Virus record (IMG/VR): IMGVR_UViG_2740892423_000026 | Span: 1 to 13,814 of that record | DNA from: a virus | Taxonomy: Duplodnaviria; Heunggongvirae; Uroviricota; Caudoviricetes | Strand: one strand, 5' to 3' | DNA: 13,814 bases | Shown: positions 1 to 9,780 of the stretch, piece by piece | Layout of the letters: every line of letters starts with the position of its first letter | How positions within the stretch are numbered: the stretch's first letter is position 1 | Made by a program: the position numbers and the translations under genes | The notes under the pieces: model-generated | Told to the model about the DNA's origin: nothing | What the model saw: the letters and a program-made list of their open reading frames with translations, nothing else | The model's database searches: none

Positions 1-498
1 CGGCTGCAGGTGCAGAGTGATTTGCCGTGGTGGCTGGTCTGCCGGGGGACGATTCATAAGTTCCGCTGTGTGCCGCATCTCACCGGGCGGCGTTTTGAGC
101 ACGGGGTGACGGACTGTTACACGCTGTTCCGGGATGCTTATCATCTGGCGGGGATTGAGATGCCGGATTTTCATCGCGGGGATGACTGGTGGCGTCACGG
201 TCAGAATCTCTATCTTGACAATATGGAGGCGACTGGTTTTTACCGTGTCGCACTGACAGAGGCGCAGCCTGGCGACGTGCTGCTGTGCTGCTTTGGTTCA
301 TCGGTGCCGAATCATGCCGCCATTTACTGTGGTGACGGCGAGCTGCTGCACCATATTCCTGAACAACTGAGCAAACGAGAGAGGTATACCGACAAATGGC
401 AGCGACGCACACACTCCCTCTGGCGTCACCGGGCATGGCACGCATCTGCCTTTACGGGGATTTACAACGATTTGGCCGTCGCATCGACCTTCGTGTGA
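1..498 (+). CDS. K: Tail tip assembly protein K, 3' portion (5' end lies outside the window)
   Basis: Open in frame 1 from base 1. Translation (..PGDVLLCCFGSSVPNHAAIYCGDGELLHHIPEQLSKRERYTDKWQRRTHSLWRHRAW..) matches my recollection of the lambda gpK C-terminus. The 103-nt overlap with the next gene is the same as the lambda K/I overlap. Confidence 0.85.
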   Translation, partial: RLQVQSDLPWWLVCRGTIHKFRCVPHLTGRRFEHGVTDCYTLFRDAYHLAGIEMPDFHRGDDWWRHGQNLYLDNMEATGFYRVALTEAQPGDVLLCCFGSSVPNHAAIYCGDGELLHHIPEQLSKRERYTDKWQRRTHSLWRHRAWHASAFTGIYNDLAVASTFV

Positions 499-1043
499 AA
501 ACGGGGGCTGAAGCCATCCGGGCGCTGGCCACACAGCTTCCGTCGTTTCGCCAGAAACTGAATGAGGGCTGGTATCAGGTGCGCATTTCCGGGCGTGATG
601 CAGGCGAAAATGAATTATCTGCCCGTCTTAATGAACCGCTGGCAAATGGTGCCGTGATCCACGTCGTTCCGCGTCTGGCGGGTGCCAAAAGTGGCGGTGT
701 GTTTCAGGCGGTGCTGGGTGCGGCGCTGATTGCGGTGGCATGGTGGAACCCTGTTGGCTGGCTGGGGGCCGCGGCTGTATCGGGTCTGTATGCAGCAGGG
801 GCCAGTATGATCCTGGGTGGTGTGGCGCAGATGCTGGCACCGAAAGCCAGGACGCCCACGGCAGCCAGTACAGATAACGGCAAACAGAACACGTATTTCT
901 CGTCACTGGATAACATGGTTGCCCAGGGCAATGTTCTGCCTGTTCTGTACGGGGAAATGCGCGTGGGATCACGTGTGGTTTCTCAGGAGATCAGCACGGC
1001 AGACGAAGGGGATGGTGGTCAGGTTGTGGTGATTGGTCGCTGA
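396..1043 (+). CDS. I: Tail tip assembly protein I
   Basis: ATG at 396. N-terminus MAATHTLPLASPGMARICLYGDLQRFGRRIDLRVKTGAEAIRALATQL and C-terminus ..NTYFSSLDNMVAQGNVLPVLYGEMRVGSRVVSQEISTADEGDGGQVVVIGR are near-identical to lambda gpI as I recall it. Overlaps the K 3' end in another frame as in lambda. Confidence 0.9.
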   Translation: MAATHTLPLASPGMARICLYGDLQRFGRRIDLRVKTGAEAIRALATQLPSFRQKLNEGWYQVRISGRDAGENELSARLNEPLANGAVIHVVPRLAGAKSGGVFQAVLGAALIAVAWWNPVGWLGAAAVSGLYAAGASMILGGVAQMLAPKARTPTAASTDNGKQNTYFSSLDNMVAQGNVLPVLYGEMRVGSRVVSQEISTADEGDGGQVVVIGR

Positions 1044-1062
1044 TGCAAAACATTTTATGTGA

Positions 1063-1090
1063 AACCGCCTGCGGGCGGTTTTGTCGTTTA
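1063..1090 (+). terminator. Hairpin plus T-run in the I-J intergenic spacer (possible weak terminator or attenuator)
   Basis: AACCGCC-TGCG-GGCGGTT stem-loop followed by TTTTGTCGTTT, 14 nt before the J start codon. Confidence 0.35.
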
Positions 1091-1103
1091 TGGAGCGTGA
1101 CGA

Positions 1104-4100
1104 ATGGGTAAAGGCAGCAGTAAGGGGCATACCCCGCGCGAAGCGAAGGACAACCTGAAGTCCACGCAGCTGCTGAGTGTGATCGATGCCATCAGCGAAG
1201 GGCCGGTTGAAGGTCCGGTGGATGGATTAAAAAGCGTGCTGCTGAACAGTACGCCGGTGCTGGACAGTGAGGGGAATACCAATATATCCGGCGTCACGGT
1301 GGTGTTCCGGGCCGGTGAGCAGGAGCAGACACCGCCGGAGGGATTTGAATCCTCCGGCTCCGAGACGGTGCTCGGTACAGAAGTGAAATATGACACGCCG
1401 ATCACCCGGACCATCACGTCGGCAAACATTGACCGTCTGCGTTTTACTTTCGGCGTGCAGGCACTGGTGGAAACCACCTCAAAGGGGGACAGGAATCCAT
1501 CGGAAGTCCGCCTGCTGGTTCAGATACAACGTAACGGTGGCTGGGTGACGGAAAAAGACATCACCATTAAGGGCAAAACCACCTCGCAGTATCTGGCCTC
1601 GGTGGTGGTGGATAACCTGCCGCCGCGCCCGTTTAATATACGGATGCGCAGGATGACGCCGGACAGCACCACAGACCAGCTGCAGAACAAAACGCTCTGG
1701 TCGTCATACACCGAAATCATCGATGTGAAACAGTGCTACCGGAACACGGCACTGGTCGGCGTGCAGGTGGATTCGGAGCAGTTCGGCAGCCAGCAGGTGA
1801 GCCGTAATTATCATCTGCGCGGGCGCATTCTGCAGGTGCCGTCGAACTATAACCCGCAGACGCGGCAATACAGCGGTATCTGGGACGGAACGTTTAAGCC
1901 AGCATACAGCAACAACATGGCCTGGTGTCTGTGGGATATGCTGACCCATCCGCGCTACGGCATGGGGAAACGTCTTGGTGCGGCGGATGTGGACAAATGG
2001 GCGCTGTATGTCATCGGCCAGCATTGCGATCAGTCGGTGCCGGACGGTTTTGGCGGCACGGAGCCGCGCATCACCTGTAATGCGTACCTGACCACACAGC
2101 GCAAGGCGTGGGATGTGCTCAGTGATTTCTGCTCTGCGATGCGCTGTATGCCGGTATGGAACGGGCAGACGCTGACGTTCGTGCAGGACCGACCGTCGGA
2201 TAAGGTGTGGACCTATAACCGCAGTAATGTGGTGATGCCGGATGATGGTGCGCCGTTCCGCTACAGCTTCAGCGCCCTGAAGGACCGCCATAATGCCGTT
2301 GAGGTGAACTGGATTGACCCGAATAACGGCTGGGAGACGGCGACAGAGCTTGTGGAGGACACGCAGGCCATTGCCCGTTACGGTCGTAACGTCACGAAGA
2401 TGGATGCTTTTGGCTGTACCAGCCGGGGGCAGGCACACCGCGCCGGGCTGTGGCTGATTAAAACAGAACTGCTGGAAACGCAGACCGTGGACTTCAGCGT
2501 GGGCGCAGAAGGGCTTCGCCATGTGCCGGGTGATGTCATTGAAATCTGTGATGATGACTATGCCGGTATCAGCATCGGCGGGCGCGTGCTGGCGGTAAAC
2601 AGCCAGACCCGGACGCTGACGCTCGACCGTGAAATCACGCTGCCATCCTCCGGTACCACGCTGATAAGCCTGGTTGACGGTCAGGGTAATCCGGTCAGCG
2701 TGGAGGTCCAGTCCGTCACCGACGGCGTGAAGGTGAAAGTGAGCCGGGTTCCTGATGGTGTTGCAGAATACAGCGTGTGGGGGCTGAAGCTGCCGACGTT
2801 GCGCCAGCGCCTGTTCCGCTGTGTGAGTATCCGTGAGAACGATGACGGCACGTATGCCATCACCGCCGTGCAGCATGTACCGGAAAAAGAGGCCATCGTG
2901 GATAACGGGGCGCACTTTGACGGCGACCAGAGCGGCACGGTGAATGGTGTCACGCCGCCAGCGGTGCAGCACCTGACTGCCGAAGTCACCGCAGACAGCG
3001 GGGANNNNNNNNNNTCGCGCATCACCTGTAACGCTTACCTGACCACACAGCGTAAGGCGTGGGATGTGCTCAGTGATTTCTGCTCGGCGATGCGCTGTAT
3101 GCCGGTATGGAACGGGCAGACGCTGACGTTCGTGCAGGACCGACCATCAGATAAGGTGTGGACCTATAACCGCAGTAATGTGGTGATGCCGGATGATGGC
3201 GCGCCGTTCCGCTACAGCTTCAGCGCCCTGAAGGACCGCCATAATGCCGTTGAGGTGAACTGGATTGACCCGGATAACGGCTGGGAGACGGCGACAGAGC
3301 TTGTGGAGGATACGCAGGCCATTGCCCGTTACGGTCGTAATGTCACGAAGATGGATGCTTTTGGCTGTACCAGCCGGGGGCAGGCACACCGCGCCGGGCT
3401 GTGGCTGATTAAAACAGAACTGCTGGAAACGCAGANNNNNNNNNNGTATCAGGTACTGGCCCGCTGGGACACGCCGAAGGTGGTGAAGGGGGTGAGCTTT
3501 ATGCTTCGCCTGACCGTGGCAGCGGACGACGGCAGTGAGCGGCTGGTCAGCACGGCCCGGACGACGGAAACCACATACCGCTTCAGGCAACTGGCGCTGG
3601 GAAATTACAGGCTGACAGTCCGGGCGGTAAATGCATGGGGACAGCAGGGCGATCCGGCATCGGTATTGTTCCGGATCGCCGCACCGGCAGCGCCGTCGCG
3701 GATTGAGCTGACGCCGGGCTATTTTCAGATAACCGCCACGCCGCATCTTGCGGTTTATGATCCGACGGTACAGTTTGAGTTCTGGTTCTCGGAAAAGCGG
3801 ATTGCGGATATCAGGCAGGTTGAAACCACAGCCCGCTATCTTGGTACGGCGCTGTACTGGATAGCCGCCAGTATCAATATCAAACCGGGCCATGATTATT
3901 ACTTTTATATCCGCAGTGTGAACACCGTAGGCAAATCGGCATTTGTGGAGGCCGTCGGTCGGGCGAGCGATGATGCATCCGGCTATCTGGATTTTTTCAA
4001 AGGCGAGATAGGGAAAACCCATCTGGCTCAGGAGCTGTGGACGCAGATTGATAACGGTCAGCTTGCGCCTGACCTGGCTGAAATCAGGACGTCCATTACG

Positions 4101-5042
4101 GATGTCAGCAATGAAATCACGCAGACCGTCAATAAGAAACTGGAAGACCAGAGTGCGGCAATTCAGCAGATACAGAAGGTTCAGGTTGATACAAATAATA
4201 ACCTGAACAGCATGTGGGCTGTGAAGCTGCAGCAGATGCAGGACGGACGCCTTTATATCGCGGGTATTGGTGCCGGTATTGAGAACACCCCTGACGGCAT
4301 GCAGAGTCAGGTGCTGCTGGCGGCGGACAGGATTGCGATGGTTAATCCTGCGAATGGCAACACAAAACCGATGTTTGTTGGTCAGGGCGATCAGATATTC
4401 ATGAACGACGTGTTCCTGAAACGCCTGACGGCCCCCACCATTACCAGCGGTGGAAATCCACCGGCATTTTCCCTGACACCGGACGGAAAGCTGACCGCTA
4501 AAAATGCGGATATCAGTGGCAGTGTGAATGCGAACGCCGGGACGCTCAACAATGTCACGGTAAATGAAAACTGTACGATTAAGGGCATGCTGGAGGCGAC
4601 TCAGGTCAGAGGTGACTTCGTTAAAGCTGTATCCAAATCATTTCCGAAACAGGCTGGTACGTGGGGTAACACGGAAACACCAGACGGGACGGTTACAGTC
4701 ACCATCAGCGATGATCATAACTTTGACCGTCAAATCATTATTCCGCCCATTATCTTTAACGGAATAGCGTATAGCGATCCGGGAAGTGGTAATAACCCGG
4801 GAGGTACAAGATACACGGGTTATGGTTTTGAAGTTCGCAAAAACGGTGTATTAATCGCATCCAGAGAAACTAAAGGGGCCATTCCCGGTAGCTACAGTGC
4901 GGTTATTGATATGCCGAGTGGCAGGGGAAGCGTCACTCTGGAGTTTAAGGTTTTCCATAAAGGCAATCAGTGGGCAGGTAATATCACCGACTGTACGGTG
5001 ATTGTGACCAAAAAAGCTGCTTCCGGCATCAGTATTCGTTGA
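1104..5042 (+). CDS. J: Tail tip / host-specificity protein J (central fibre); reading frame as assembled includes a 441-bp N-flanked duplicated block
   Basis: ATG at 1104 with GGAG upstream. N-terminus [34 protein letters not shown] and most of the length are near-identical to lambda gpJ as recalled. The last ~300 aa (after ..[25 protein letters not shown]) diverge from lambda but keep the conserved ..[46 protein letters not shown].. block. Confidence 0.9.
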   Translation: MGKGSSKGHTPREAKDNLKSTQLLSVIDAISEGPVEGPVDGLKSVLLNSTPVLDSEGNTNISGVTVVFRAGEQEQTPPEGFESSGSETVLGTEVKYDTPITRTITSANIDRLRFTFGVQALVETTSKGDRNPSEVRLLVQIQRNGGWVTEKDITIKGKTTSQYLASVVVDNLPPRPFNIRMRRMTPDSTTDQLQNKTLWSSYTEIIDVKQCYRNTALVGVQVDSEQFGSQQVSRNYHLRGRILQVPSNYNPQTRQYSGIWDGTFKPAYSNNMAWCLWDMLTHPRYGMGKRLGAADVDKWALYVIGQHCDQSVPDGFGGTEPRITCNAYLTTQRKAWDVLSDFCSAMRCMPVWNGQTLTFVQDRPSDKVWTYNRSNVVMPDDGAPFRYSFSALKDRHNAVEVNWIDPNNGWETATELVEDTQAIARYGRNVTKMDAFGCTSRGQAHRAGLWLIKTELLETQTVDFSVGAEGLRHVPGDVIEICDDDYAGISIGGRVLAVNSQTRTLTLDREITLPSSGTTLISLVDGQGNPVSVEVQSVTDGVKVKVSRVPDGVAEYSVWGLKLPTLRQRLFRCVSIRENDDGTYAITAVQHVPEKEAIVDNGAHFDGDQSGTVNGVTPPAVQHLTAEVTADSGXXXXSRITCNAYLTTQRKAWDVLSDFCSAMRCMPVWNGQTLTFVQDRPSDKVWTYNRSNVVMPDDGAPFRYSFSALKDRHNAVEVNWIDPDNGWETATELVEDTQAIARYGRNVTKMDAFGCTSRGQAHRAGLWLIKTELLETQXXXXYQVLARWDTPKVVKGVSFMLRLTVAADDGSERLVSTARTTETTYRFRQLALGNYRLTVRAVNAWGQQGDPASVLFRIAAPAAPSRIELTPGYFQITATPHLAVYDPTVQFEFWFSEKRIADIRQVETTARYLGTALYWIAASINIKPGHDYYFYIRSVNTVGKSAFVEAVGRASDDASGYLDFFKGEIGKTHLAQELWTQIDNGQLAPDLAEIRTSITDVSNEITQTVNKKLEDQSAAIQQIQKVQVDTNNNLNSMWAVKLQQMQDGRLYIAGIGAGIENTPDGMQSQVLLAADRIAMVNPANGNTKPMFVGQGDQIFMNDVFLKRLTAPTITSGGNPPAFSLTPDGKLTAKNADISGSVNANAGTLNNVTVNENCTIKGMLEATQVRGDFVKAVSKSFPKQAGTWGNTETPDGTVTVTISDDHNFDRQIIIPPIIFNGIAYSDPGSGNNPGGTRYTGYGFEVRKNGVLIASRETKGAIPGSYSAVIDMPSGRGSVTLEFKVFHKGNQWAGNITDCTVIVTKKAASGISIR
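3005..3445. other. N10 + 421-bp near-copy of J segment ~2064..2484 + N10; probable scaffolding or assembly artefact
   Basis: Two runs of exactly 10 N (3005..3014, 3436..3445) bracket a block that repeats 2065..2484 at a constant offset of 951 nt with about 10 point differences. The flanks GGGGA|GTATCAGG read ..ADSG-E-YQVL.. when joined directly, as in lambda J. Block length 441 = 3 x 147, so the frame is kept. Confidence 0.7.
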
Positions 5043-5063
5043 AGTTGTTATAACCCATATAAG

Positions 5064-5090
5064 GGCACCAGAAATGGTGCCTTTTTTATT
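5064..5090 (+). terminator. Rho-independent terminator downstream of J
   Basis: GGCACCA-GAAA-TGGTGCC perfect 7-bp stem followed by TTTTTTATT, 22 nt after the J stop codon. Confidence 0.7.
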
Positions 5091-5111
5091 GCAGAAAAGC
5101 GAGAGGTAATT

Positions 5112-5711
5112 ATGCGTAAAGTTTGTGCAGCCATTTTGTCCGCAGCCATTTGTCTGGCCGTATCCGGTGCGCCTGCATGGGCATCTGAACATCAGTCCAC
5201 GCTGAGCGCGGGGTATCTTCATGCCCGGACCAACGTTCCCGGCAGCGATGATCTGAACGGGATTAACGTGAAATACCGTTATGAGTTTACGGACACACTG
5301 GGGCTGGTGACGTCATTCAGCTATGCAGGAGACAAGAATCGCCAGCTTACCCGTTACAGCGATACCCGCTGGCATGAAGATTCCGTTCGTAACCGCTGGT
5401 TCAGCGTGATGGCGGGGCCGTCTGTGCGCGTGAATGAATGGTTCAGCGCGTATGCGATGGCGGGTGTGGCTTACAGCCGTATTTCTACTTTCTCCGGGGA
5501 TTATCTCCGCGTAACTGACAACAAGGGGAAAACGCACGAAGTGCTGACCGGAAGTGATGATGGTCGCCACAGCAACACGTCTCTGGCGTGGGGGGCTGGC
5601 GTGCAGTTTAACCCGACCGAATCCGTGGCCATTGATATTGCTTATGAAGGCTCCGGCAGTGGCGACTGGCGCACTGACGGTTTCATCGTGGGTGTCGGTT
5701 ATAAATTCTGA
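5112..5711 (+). CDS. lom: Outer-membrane protein Lom (Ail/Lom family beta-barrel; lysogenic-conversion gene)
   Basis: ATG at 5112 preceded by GAGAGG. Signal peptide [25 protein letters not shown]-terminus ..[27 protein letters not shown] identical to lambda Lom as recalled; ends in aromatic F typical of OM beta-barrels. Confidence 0.9.
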   Translation: MRKVCAAILSAAICLAVSGAPAWASEHQSTLSAGYLHARTNVPGSDDLNGINVKYRYEFTDTLGLVTSFSYAGDKNRQLTRYSDTRWHEDSVRNRWFSVMAGPSVRVNEWFSAYAMAGVAYSRISTFSGDYLRVTDNKGKTHEVLTGSDDGRHSNTSLAWGAGVQFNPTESVAIDIAYEGSGSGDWRTDGFIVGVGYKF

Positions 5712-5737
5712 TTAGCCAGGTAACACAGTGTTATGAC

Positions 5738-5765
5738 AGCCCGCCGGTTCAGGCGGGCTTTTTTG
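5738..5765 (+). terminator. Rho-independent terminator downstream of lom
   Basis: AGCCCGCC-GGTTCA-GGCGGGCT 8-bp stem followed by TTTTTT. Confidence 0.75.
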
Positions 5766-5775
5766 TGGGGTGAAT

Positions 5776-8700
5776 ATGGCAGTAAAGATTTCAGGTGTAC
5801 TGAAAGACGGCGCAGGTAAACCGGTACAGAACTGCACAATCCAGCTGAAAGCAAAACGTAACAGCACCACGGTGGTGGCGAACACGGTGGCCTCAGAAAA
5901 TCCGGATGAAGCCGGGCGTTACAGCATGGACGTTGAGTACGGTCAGTACAGCGTTATTCTGTTGGTGGAAGGCTTCCCGCCATCGCATGCCGGGACCATC
6001 ACCGTGTATGAAGACTCACAACCGGGTACGCTGAATGATTTTCTCGGTGCCATGACGGAGGATGATGTCCGTCCGGAGGCACTGCGCCGCTTTGAACTGA
6101 TGGTGGAAGAGGTGGCGTGTAACGCGTCCGCAGTGGCGCAGAACACAGCAGCCGCGAAGAAGTCAGCCAGCGATGCCAGCACATCAGCCCGTGAGGCGGC
6201 AACCCATGCGACTGATGCTGCAGGCTCAGCACGTGCAGCCAGCACGTCAGCCGGACAGGCCGCTTCGTCGGCTCAGTCAGCGTCTTCCAGCGCAGGAACG
6301 GCATCAGCAAAGGCCACTGAAGCATCAAAAAGTGCTGCCGCTGCAGAGTCTTCAAAAAGCGCGGCAGCCACCAGTGCCGGTGCAGCGAAAACGTCAGAAA
6401 CGAATGCCGCAGCATCACAAAAATCTGCGGCCACTTCTGCATCCACCGCGACCACGAAAGCGTCAGAAGCTGCCACCTCAGCCCGGGATGCGTCGGCTTC
6501 AAAAGTGGCGGCAAAATCATCAGAAACGAGCGCAGCCTCGAGCGCCGGCAGTGCAGCTTCCTCGGCAACGGCGGCAGGAAATTCCGCGAAGGCCGCAAAA
6601 ACGTCTGAGACGAATGCGGATAACAGCGCACAGGCGGCAGCAGNNNNNNNNNNTTCCGCGACAGCAGCCAAAAAATCAGAAACCAACGCGAAAAATAGTG
6701 AGTCAGCAGCAAAGGTCAGCGAAACCAACGCTAAAGCGTCAGAGAACAAGGCGAAAGAATATCTCGACAAGGTCGGGGGACTCGTCAGCCCGATGACGCA
6801 ATACGATTGGCCTGTTGTTACTGCTAGTGAGTCTCTTTACATCAAGATCGCGAAACTTTCCGATCCTGGAACCAGCAGAAGTCATGTAACGCTAATGGTT
6901 ACTAACGCTGGTAACTACGGCTCCCCTTACGGAAACATTGACTTTATCGAGATCTCGGCGCGCGGTCTGCCTTCTTTGCTTAGTGCGGATAATGTTTCTC
7001 GTCATCTGAGTATACGCCGCTTAGGGTCAACCGGGCTGACCGATAACAACCAGATGCGTTACGGCCTGGTTAAAGGTGACGGCTTTATTGAGGTTTGGGC
7101 ATTCCAGGGTGCGTTTATTAACGACGCAAAGGTTGCGGTGCTGGCGCAGACAACACTAAACACAGAATTATACATTCCAGACGGATTTGTTAAGCAAACC
7201 GCCGCGCCTTCTGGATATATTGAAGGCAACGTTGTAAGGATTTACGACCAGGTAAACAAGCCGACTAAAGCAGATTTGGGTCTTTCTAATGCTATGCTTA
7301 CAGGCGCTTTCGGTCTTGGCGGTAGCGGGATATCAACAAACGGCAAGATGAGCGATGTAGAGATCTTAAAAGCTCTGCGTGACAAAGGTGGTCATTTCTG
7401 GCGCGGTGATAAGCCGACCGGAAGCACGGCGACCATTTATAGCCACGGTTCTGGTATATTCTCGCGGTGCGGCGATACGTGGTCAGCGATCAATATCGAC
7501 TACTCAACCGCGAAGATTAAGATCTATGCCGGCAACGATGCCCGGCTTAACAACGGGACTTTTAGCGTCAATGAGCTATACGGCTCGGCAAACAAGCCGT
7601 CGAAATCGGATGTTGGACTTGGCAACGTAACGAACGATGCGCAGGTAAAAAAAACCGGCGATACAATGACCGGTGACTTGACAATCAAAAAAGGTACACC
7701 GTCAGTCTTCCTGCGGGCAGACAGTGGAGTCACCGCTTTGCGGTTTTATACTGGCGATAACACAGAGCGCGGCATAATCTATGCTGGTCCTAACACTGAT
7801 TCGCTTGGCGAAGTTCGCATCAGGGCAAAGACAGCAGGGGGGACATCAGGAGGGGATCTTGTTGTTCGTCACGACGGGAGGGTTGAAGTCCGTGATCTCA
7901 CAGTAGCGTATAAAATTAAAAGCAGAACGATTGAGATTGCAAATACCGACACTGACTCATCGGCAACTACGCTAAGCATCTATGGAGTACAGCACACGCC
8001 GTTGGTTTTAACGCGTTCTGGTTCTTCTGAAAATGTGTCCATTGGGTTTAAGTTAGACAACATGAACCCAAAGTATCTTGGAATTGATACTAATGGGGAT
8101 CTGGCTTTTGGTGAGAGTCCTGATCAGAAACAAAACAGCAAATTGATCACGCAAGCGAAACTCGACAAGGGATTAACGATTGGTGGTCAACTGGCTTTCA
8201 AAGGTACGACAGCGTTTTCAGCCGTTGCTACGTTCAGTGCCGGGATAGCAGGAGCCATCGAGCCGGAAAACATTGACGGCCAGACGGTTAATCTTAACAA
8301 CCTGACCATCATCAAGTCAGATGCCGGGGCAGTTAAATACTATATTTGTCCATCCTCTGCAGGTGGTGCAAATATCACCAACAAGCCTGACGGCGTAACA
8401 GGTAACTTTTTGCTCCGTGTTGAATCGACTCGTAAGGTTAGGGATTCAGATTATGCGAACATGCAAACGCTGATTAACAGCGACACAAAACGTATATACG
8501 TTCGCTTTGTTGTTAATGGAAACTGGACAGCGTGGAGTCAGGTTGTTGTTTCCGGATGGAATCAGGATGTAACCGTCAGGTCGTTAACCTCGACGACTCC
8601 ATCAAAATTAGGTGGCGGGCGGATTGATGTGCTTGGAAGTACGTCAGATTATGGCAGCATGAATTGTACCGTTCGTGGTGTTGATAGCACTGGAACCAAT

Positions 8701-9543
8701 TCGGCGTGGTCGGTAGGCACATCAGAAAGCACAGGCAAAATGTTGTTCCTGAAAAACCACAGAAGCAGCGCTCAAGTGCTGTTAAATGGCGATGATGGAG
8801 CGGTTCAACTACTAAGTGGCACTGTTAACGGTGCTACAGCGCAGGCGCTAACCATCAACAAAGATGAGGTTAACTCAACTGCCGATTTAGTAATTAGAAA
8901 ACAAACAGGGACTGGCAATCGTTTTGCTTTACTTAATTCAGGTAATTCAGAACTACCAGTTAGTATCAGGGTGTGGGGTTCCAGTACTCGACAAAACGTT
9001 TTTGAGGTTGGCACGTCTGCTGCGTATCTGTTTTATGCGCAAAAAACAACAGACGGGCAAAACCTTACTGTAAACGGAAGTGTTAACTGCACCACACTGA
9101 ATCAGTCATCAGACCGCAGACTGAAAGAAAATATCGAGATTATCGATAACGCGACTGACGCAATCCGCAAAATTAATGGATACACGTACACGCTCAAGGA
9201 GAATGGGGCACATTGCGCCGGGGTTATAGCCCAGGAAGTTGAAGAGGCCATCCCGGAGGCCGTTGGTTCATTCATCCATTACGGTGAAGAGTTGCAAGGC
9301 CCGACCGTTGACGGCAACGAGCTACGCGAAGAAACGCGCTATCTTAATGTTGACTACGCCGCCGTGACGGGTTTACTTGTTCAGGTCGCCCGTGAAACAG
9401 ATGATCGCGTTACCGCGCTGGAAGAGGAAAACACAACGCTACGTCAAAATCTGGCAACAGCAGGCACCCGGATCACCACTCTGGAAAATCAGGTAAGCGA
9501 ACTGGTTGCACTTGTCCGGCAGTTAACAGGAAGCGAACATTGA
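5776..9543 (+). CDS. stf: Mosaic side tail fiber: lambda Stf-like N-terminal anchor, Ala/Ser-rich repeat shaft (contains a 10-N gap), divergent distal region, C-terminal self-cleaving intramolecular chaperone domain (peptidase S74-like)
   Basis: ATG at 5776 gives MAVKISGVLKDGAGKPVQNCTIQLKAKRNSTTVVANTV.., matching the lambda Stf N-terminus (the ORF track begins at a GTG two codons upstream). Shaft is long A/S/T/K repeats (AAKTSETNA.. units). Distal part carries fibre motifs NKPTKADLGLSNA, NKPSKSDVGLGNVTNDAQ and GDTMTGDLTIKKG. C-terminus has SSDRRLKENIEII...INGYTYTLKENG..GVIAQEVEEAIPEAV followed by a coiled-coil (TALEEENTTLRQNLATAGTRITTLENQVSELVALVRQL), the signature of the endosialidase / T5 L-shaped-fibre chaperone domain. 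Confidence 0.85.
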   Translation: MAVKISGVLKDGAGKPVQNCTIQLKAKRNSTTVVANTVASENPDEAGRYSMDVEYGQYSVILLVEGFPPSHAGTITVYEDSQPGTLNDFLGAMTEDDVRPEALRRFELMVEEVACNASAVAQNTAAAKKSASDASTSAREAATHATDAAGSARAASTSAGQAASSAQSASSSAGTASAKATEASKSAAAAESSKSAAATSAGAAKTSETNAAASQKSAATSASTATTKASEAATSARDASASKVAAKSSETSAASSAGSAASSATAAGNSAKAAKTSETNADNSAQAAAXXXXSATAAKKSETNAKNSESAAKVSETNAKASENKAKEYLDKVGGLVSPMTQYDWPVVTASESLYIKIAKLSDPGTSRSHVTLMVTNAGNYGSPYGNIDFIEISARGLPSLLSADNVSRHLSIRRLGSTGLTDNNQMRYGLVKGDGFIEVWAFQGAFINDAKVAVLAQTTLNTELYIPDGFVKQTAAPSGYIEGNVVRIYDQVNKPTKADLGLSNAMLTGAFGLGGSGISTNGKMSDVEILKALRDKGGHFWRGDKPTGSTATIYSHGSGIFSRCGDTWSAINIDYSTAKIKIYAGNDARLNNGTFSVNELYGSANKPSKSDVGLGNVTNDAQVKKTGDTMTGDLTIKKGTPSVFLRADSGVTALRFYTGDNTERGIIYAGPNTDSLGEVRIRAKTAGGTSGGDLVVRHDGRVEVRDLTVAYKIKSRTIEIANTDTDSSATTLSIYGVQHTPLVLTRSGSSENVSIGFKLDNMNPKYLGIDTNGDLAFGESPDQKQNSKLITQAKLDKGLTIGGQLAFKGTTAFSAVATFSAGIAGAIEPENIDGQTVNLNNLTIIKSDAGAVKYYICPSSAGGANITNKPDGVTGNFLLRVESTRKVRDSDYANMQTLINSDTKRIYVRFVVNGNWTAWSQVVVSGWNQDVTVRSLTSTTPSKLGGGRIDVLGSTSDYGSMNCTVRGVDSTGTNSAWSVGTSESTGKMLFLKNHRSSAQVLLNGDDGAVQLLSGTVNGATAQALTINKDEVNSTADLVIRKQTGTGNRFALLNSGNSELPVSIRVWGSSTRQNVFEVGTSAAYLFYAQKTTDGQNLTVNGSVNCTTLNQSSDRRLKENIEIIDNATDAIRKINGYTYTLKENGAHCAGVIAQEVEEAIPEAVGSFIHYGEELQGPTVDGNELREETRYLNVDYAAVTGLLVQVARETDDRVTALEEENTTLRQNLATAGTRITTLENQVSELVALVRQLTGSEH
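6644..6653. other. Assembly gap (10 N) inside the Ala/Ser-rich repeat region of the tail fiber gene
   Basis: Run of exactly 10 N in low-complexity repeat DNA; true length of the repeat shaft is unknown. Confidence 0.9.
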
Positions 9544-9591
9544 TATCCTTCAAGCCCTGAAGGAGGCTGTTCCTGGTACGTTCAGACTGTT

Positions 9592-9726
9592 GTTGAGCTG
9601 GAAATCGCAACGGAGGAAGAAACCTTGTTGCTGGAAGCCTGGAAAAAGTATCGGGTGTTGCTGAACCGTGTTGATACATCAACTGCACCGGATATTGAGT
9701 GGCCAGAAGAACCAGACACCGTGTAA
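9592..9726 (+). pseudogene. tfa: 3' remnant of tail fiber assembly gene tfa (no start codon; about 44 C-terminal codons)
   Basis: Translation [44 protein letters not shown] closely matches the lambda Tfa C-terminus (..[37 protein letters not shown]..) as recalled. It lies in frame directly after the fiber TGA stop, with no ATG/GTG or RBS of its own. Confidence 0.6.
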
Positions 9727-9728
9727 GC

Positions 9729-9780
9729 AAAAAAGAAAAACCGCAGACACGACGTATGCATGACGTGCTGCGGTTTATGC
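9729..9780. terminator. Bidirectional terminator-like hairpin (repeat copy A) between the tfa remnant and the convergent GIY-YIG gene
   Basis: AAAAAGAAAAA, then CCGCAGACACGACGT..ACGTGCTGCGG imperfect inverted repeat, then TTTATGC. A-tract upstream and T-rich tract downstream let it act on both strands. Confidence 0.55.

Noticed and set aside
2064-3445. The J duplication as a genuine in-frame tandem domain duplication
   Set aside because: The copy is bounded on both sides by exactly 10 N, the usual scaffold gap placeholder, and the native flanks are directly contiguous. An assembly artefact explains it better than biology.
1704-4022. Long - strand ORFs (422 aa at 1704..2972 and 291 aa at 3147..4022) antisense to J
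   Set aside because: They lie entirely inside the well-supported J gene, are Arg/His/Pro-rich in the way expected of the reverse frame of GC-rich coding DNA, have no RBS and no recognisable motifs. The second is largely a copy of the first because of the duplicated block.
5943-6796. Overlapping ORFs in other frames and on the - strand (5943..6245, 5999..6712, 6173..6796, 6273..6770) within the fiber repeat region
   Set aside because: Artefacts of the Ala/Ser-rich GC-biased repeat; several run through the N gap; compositions (Pro/Arg/Gln-rich or poly-Ala) are typical of off-frame translation.
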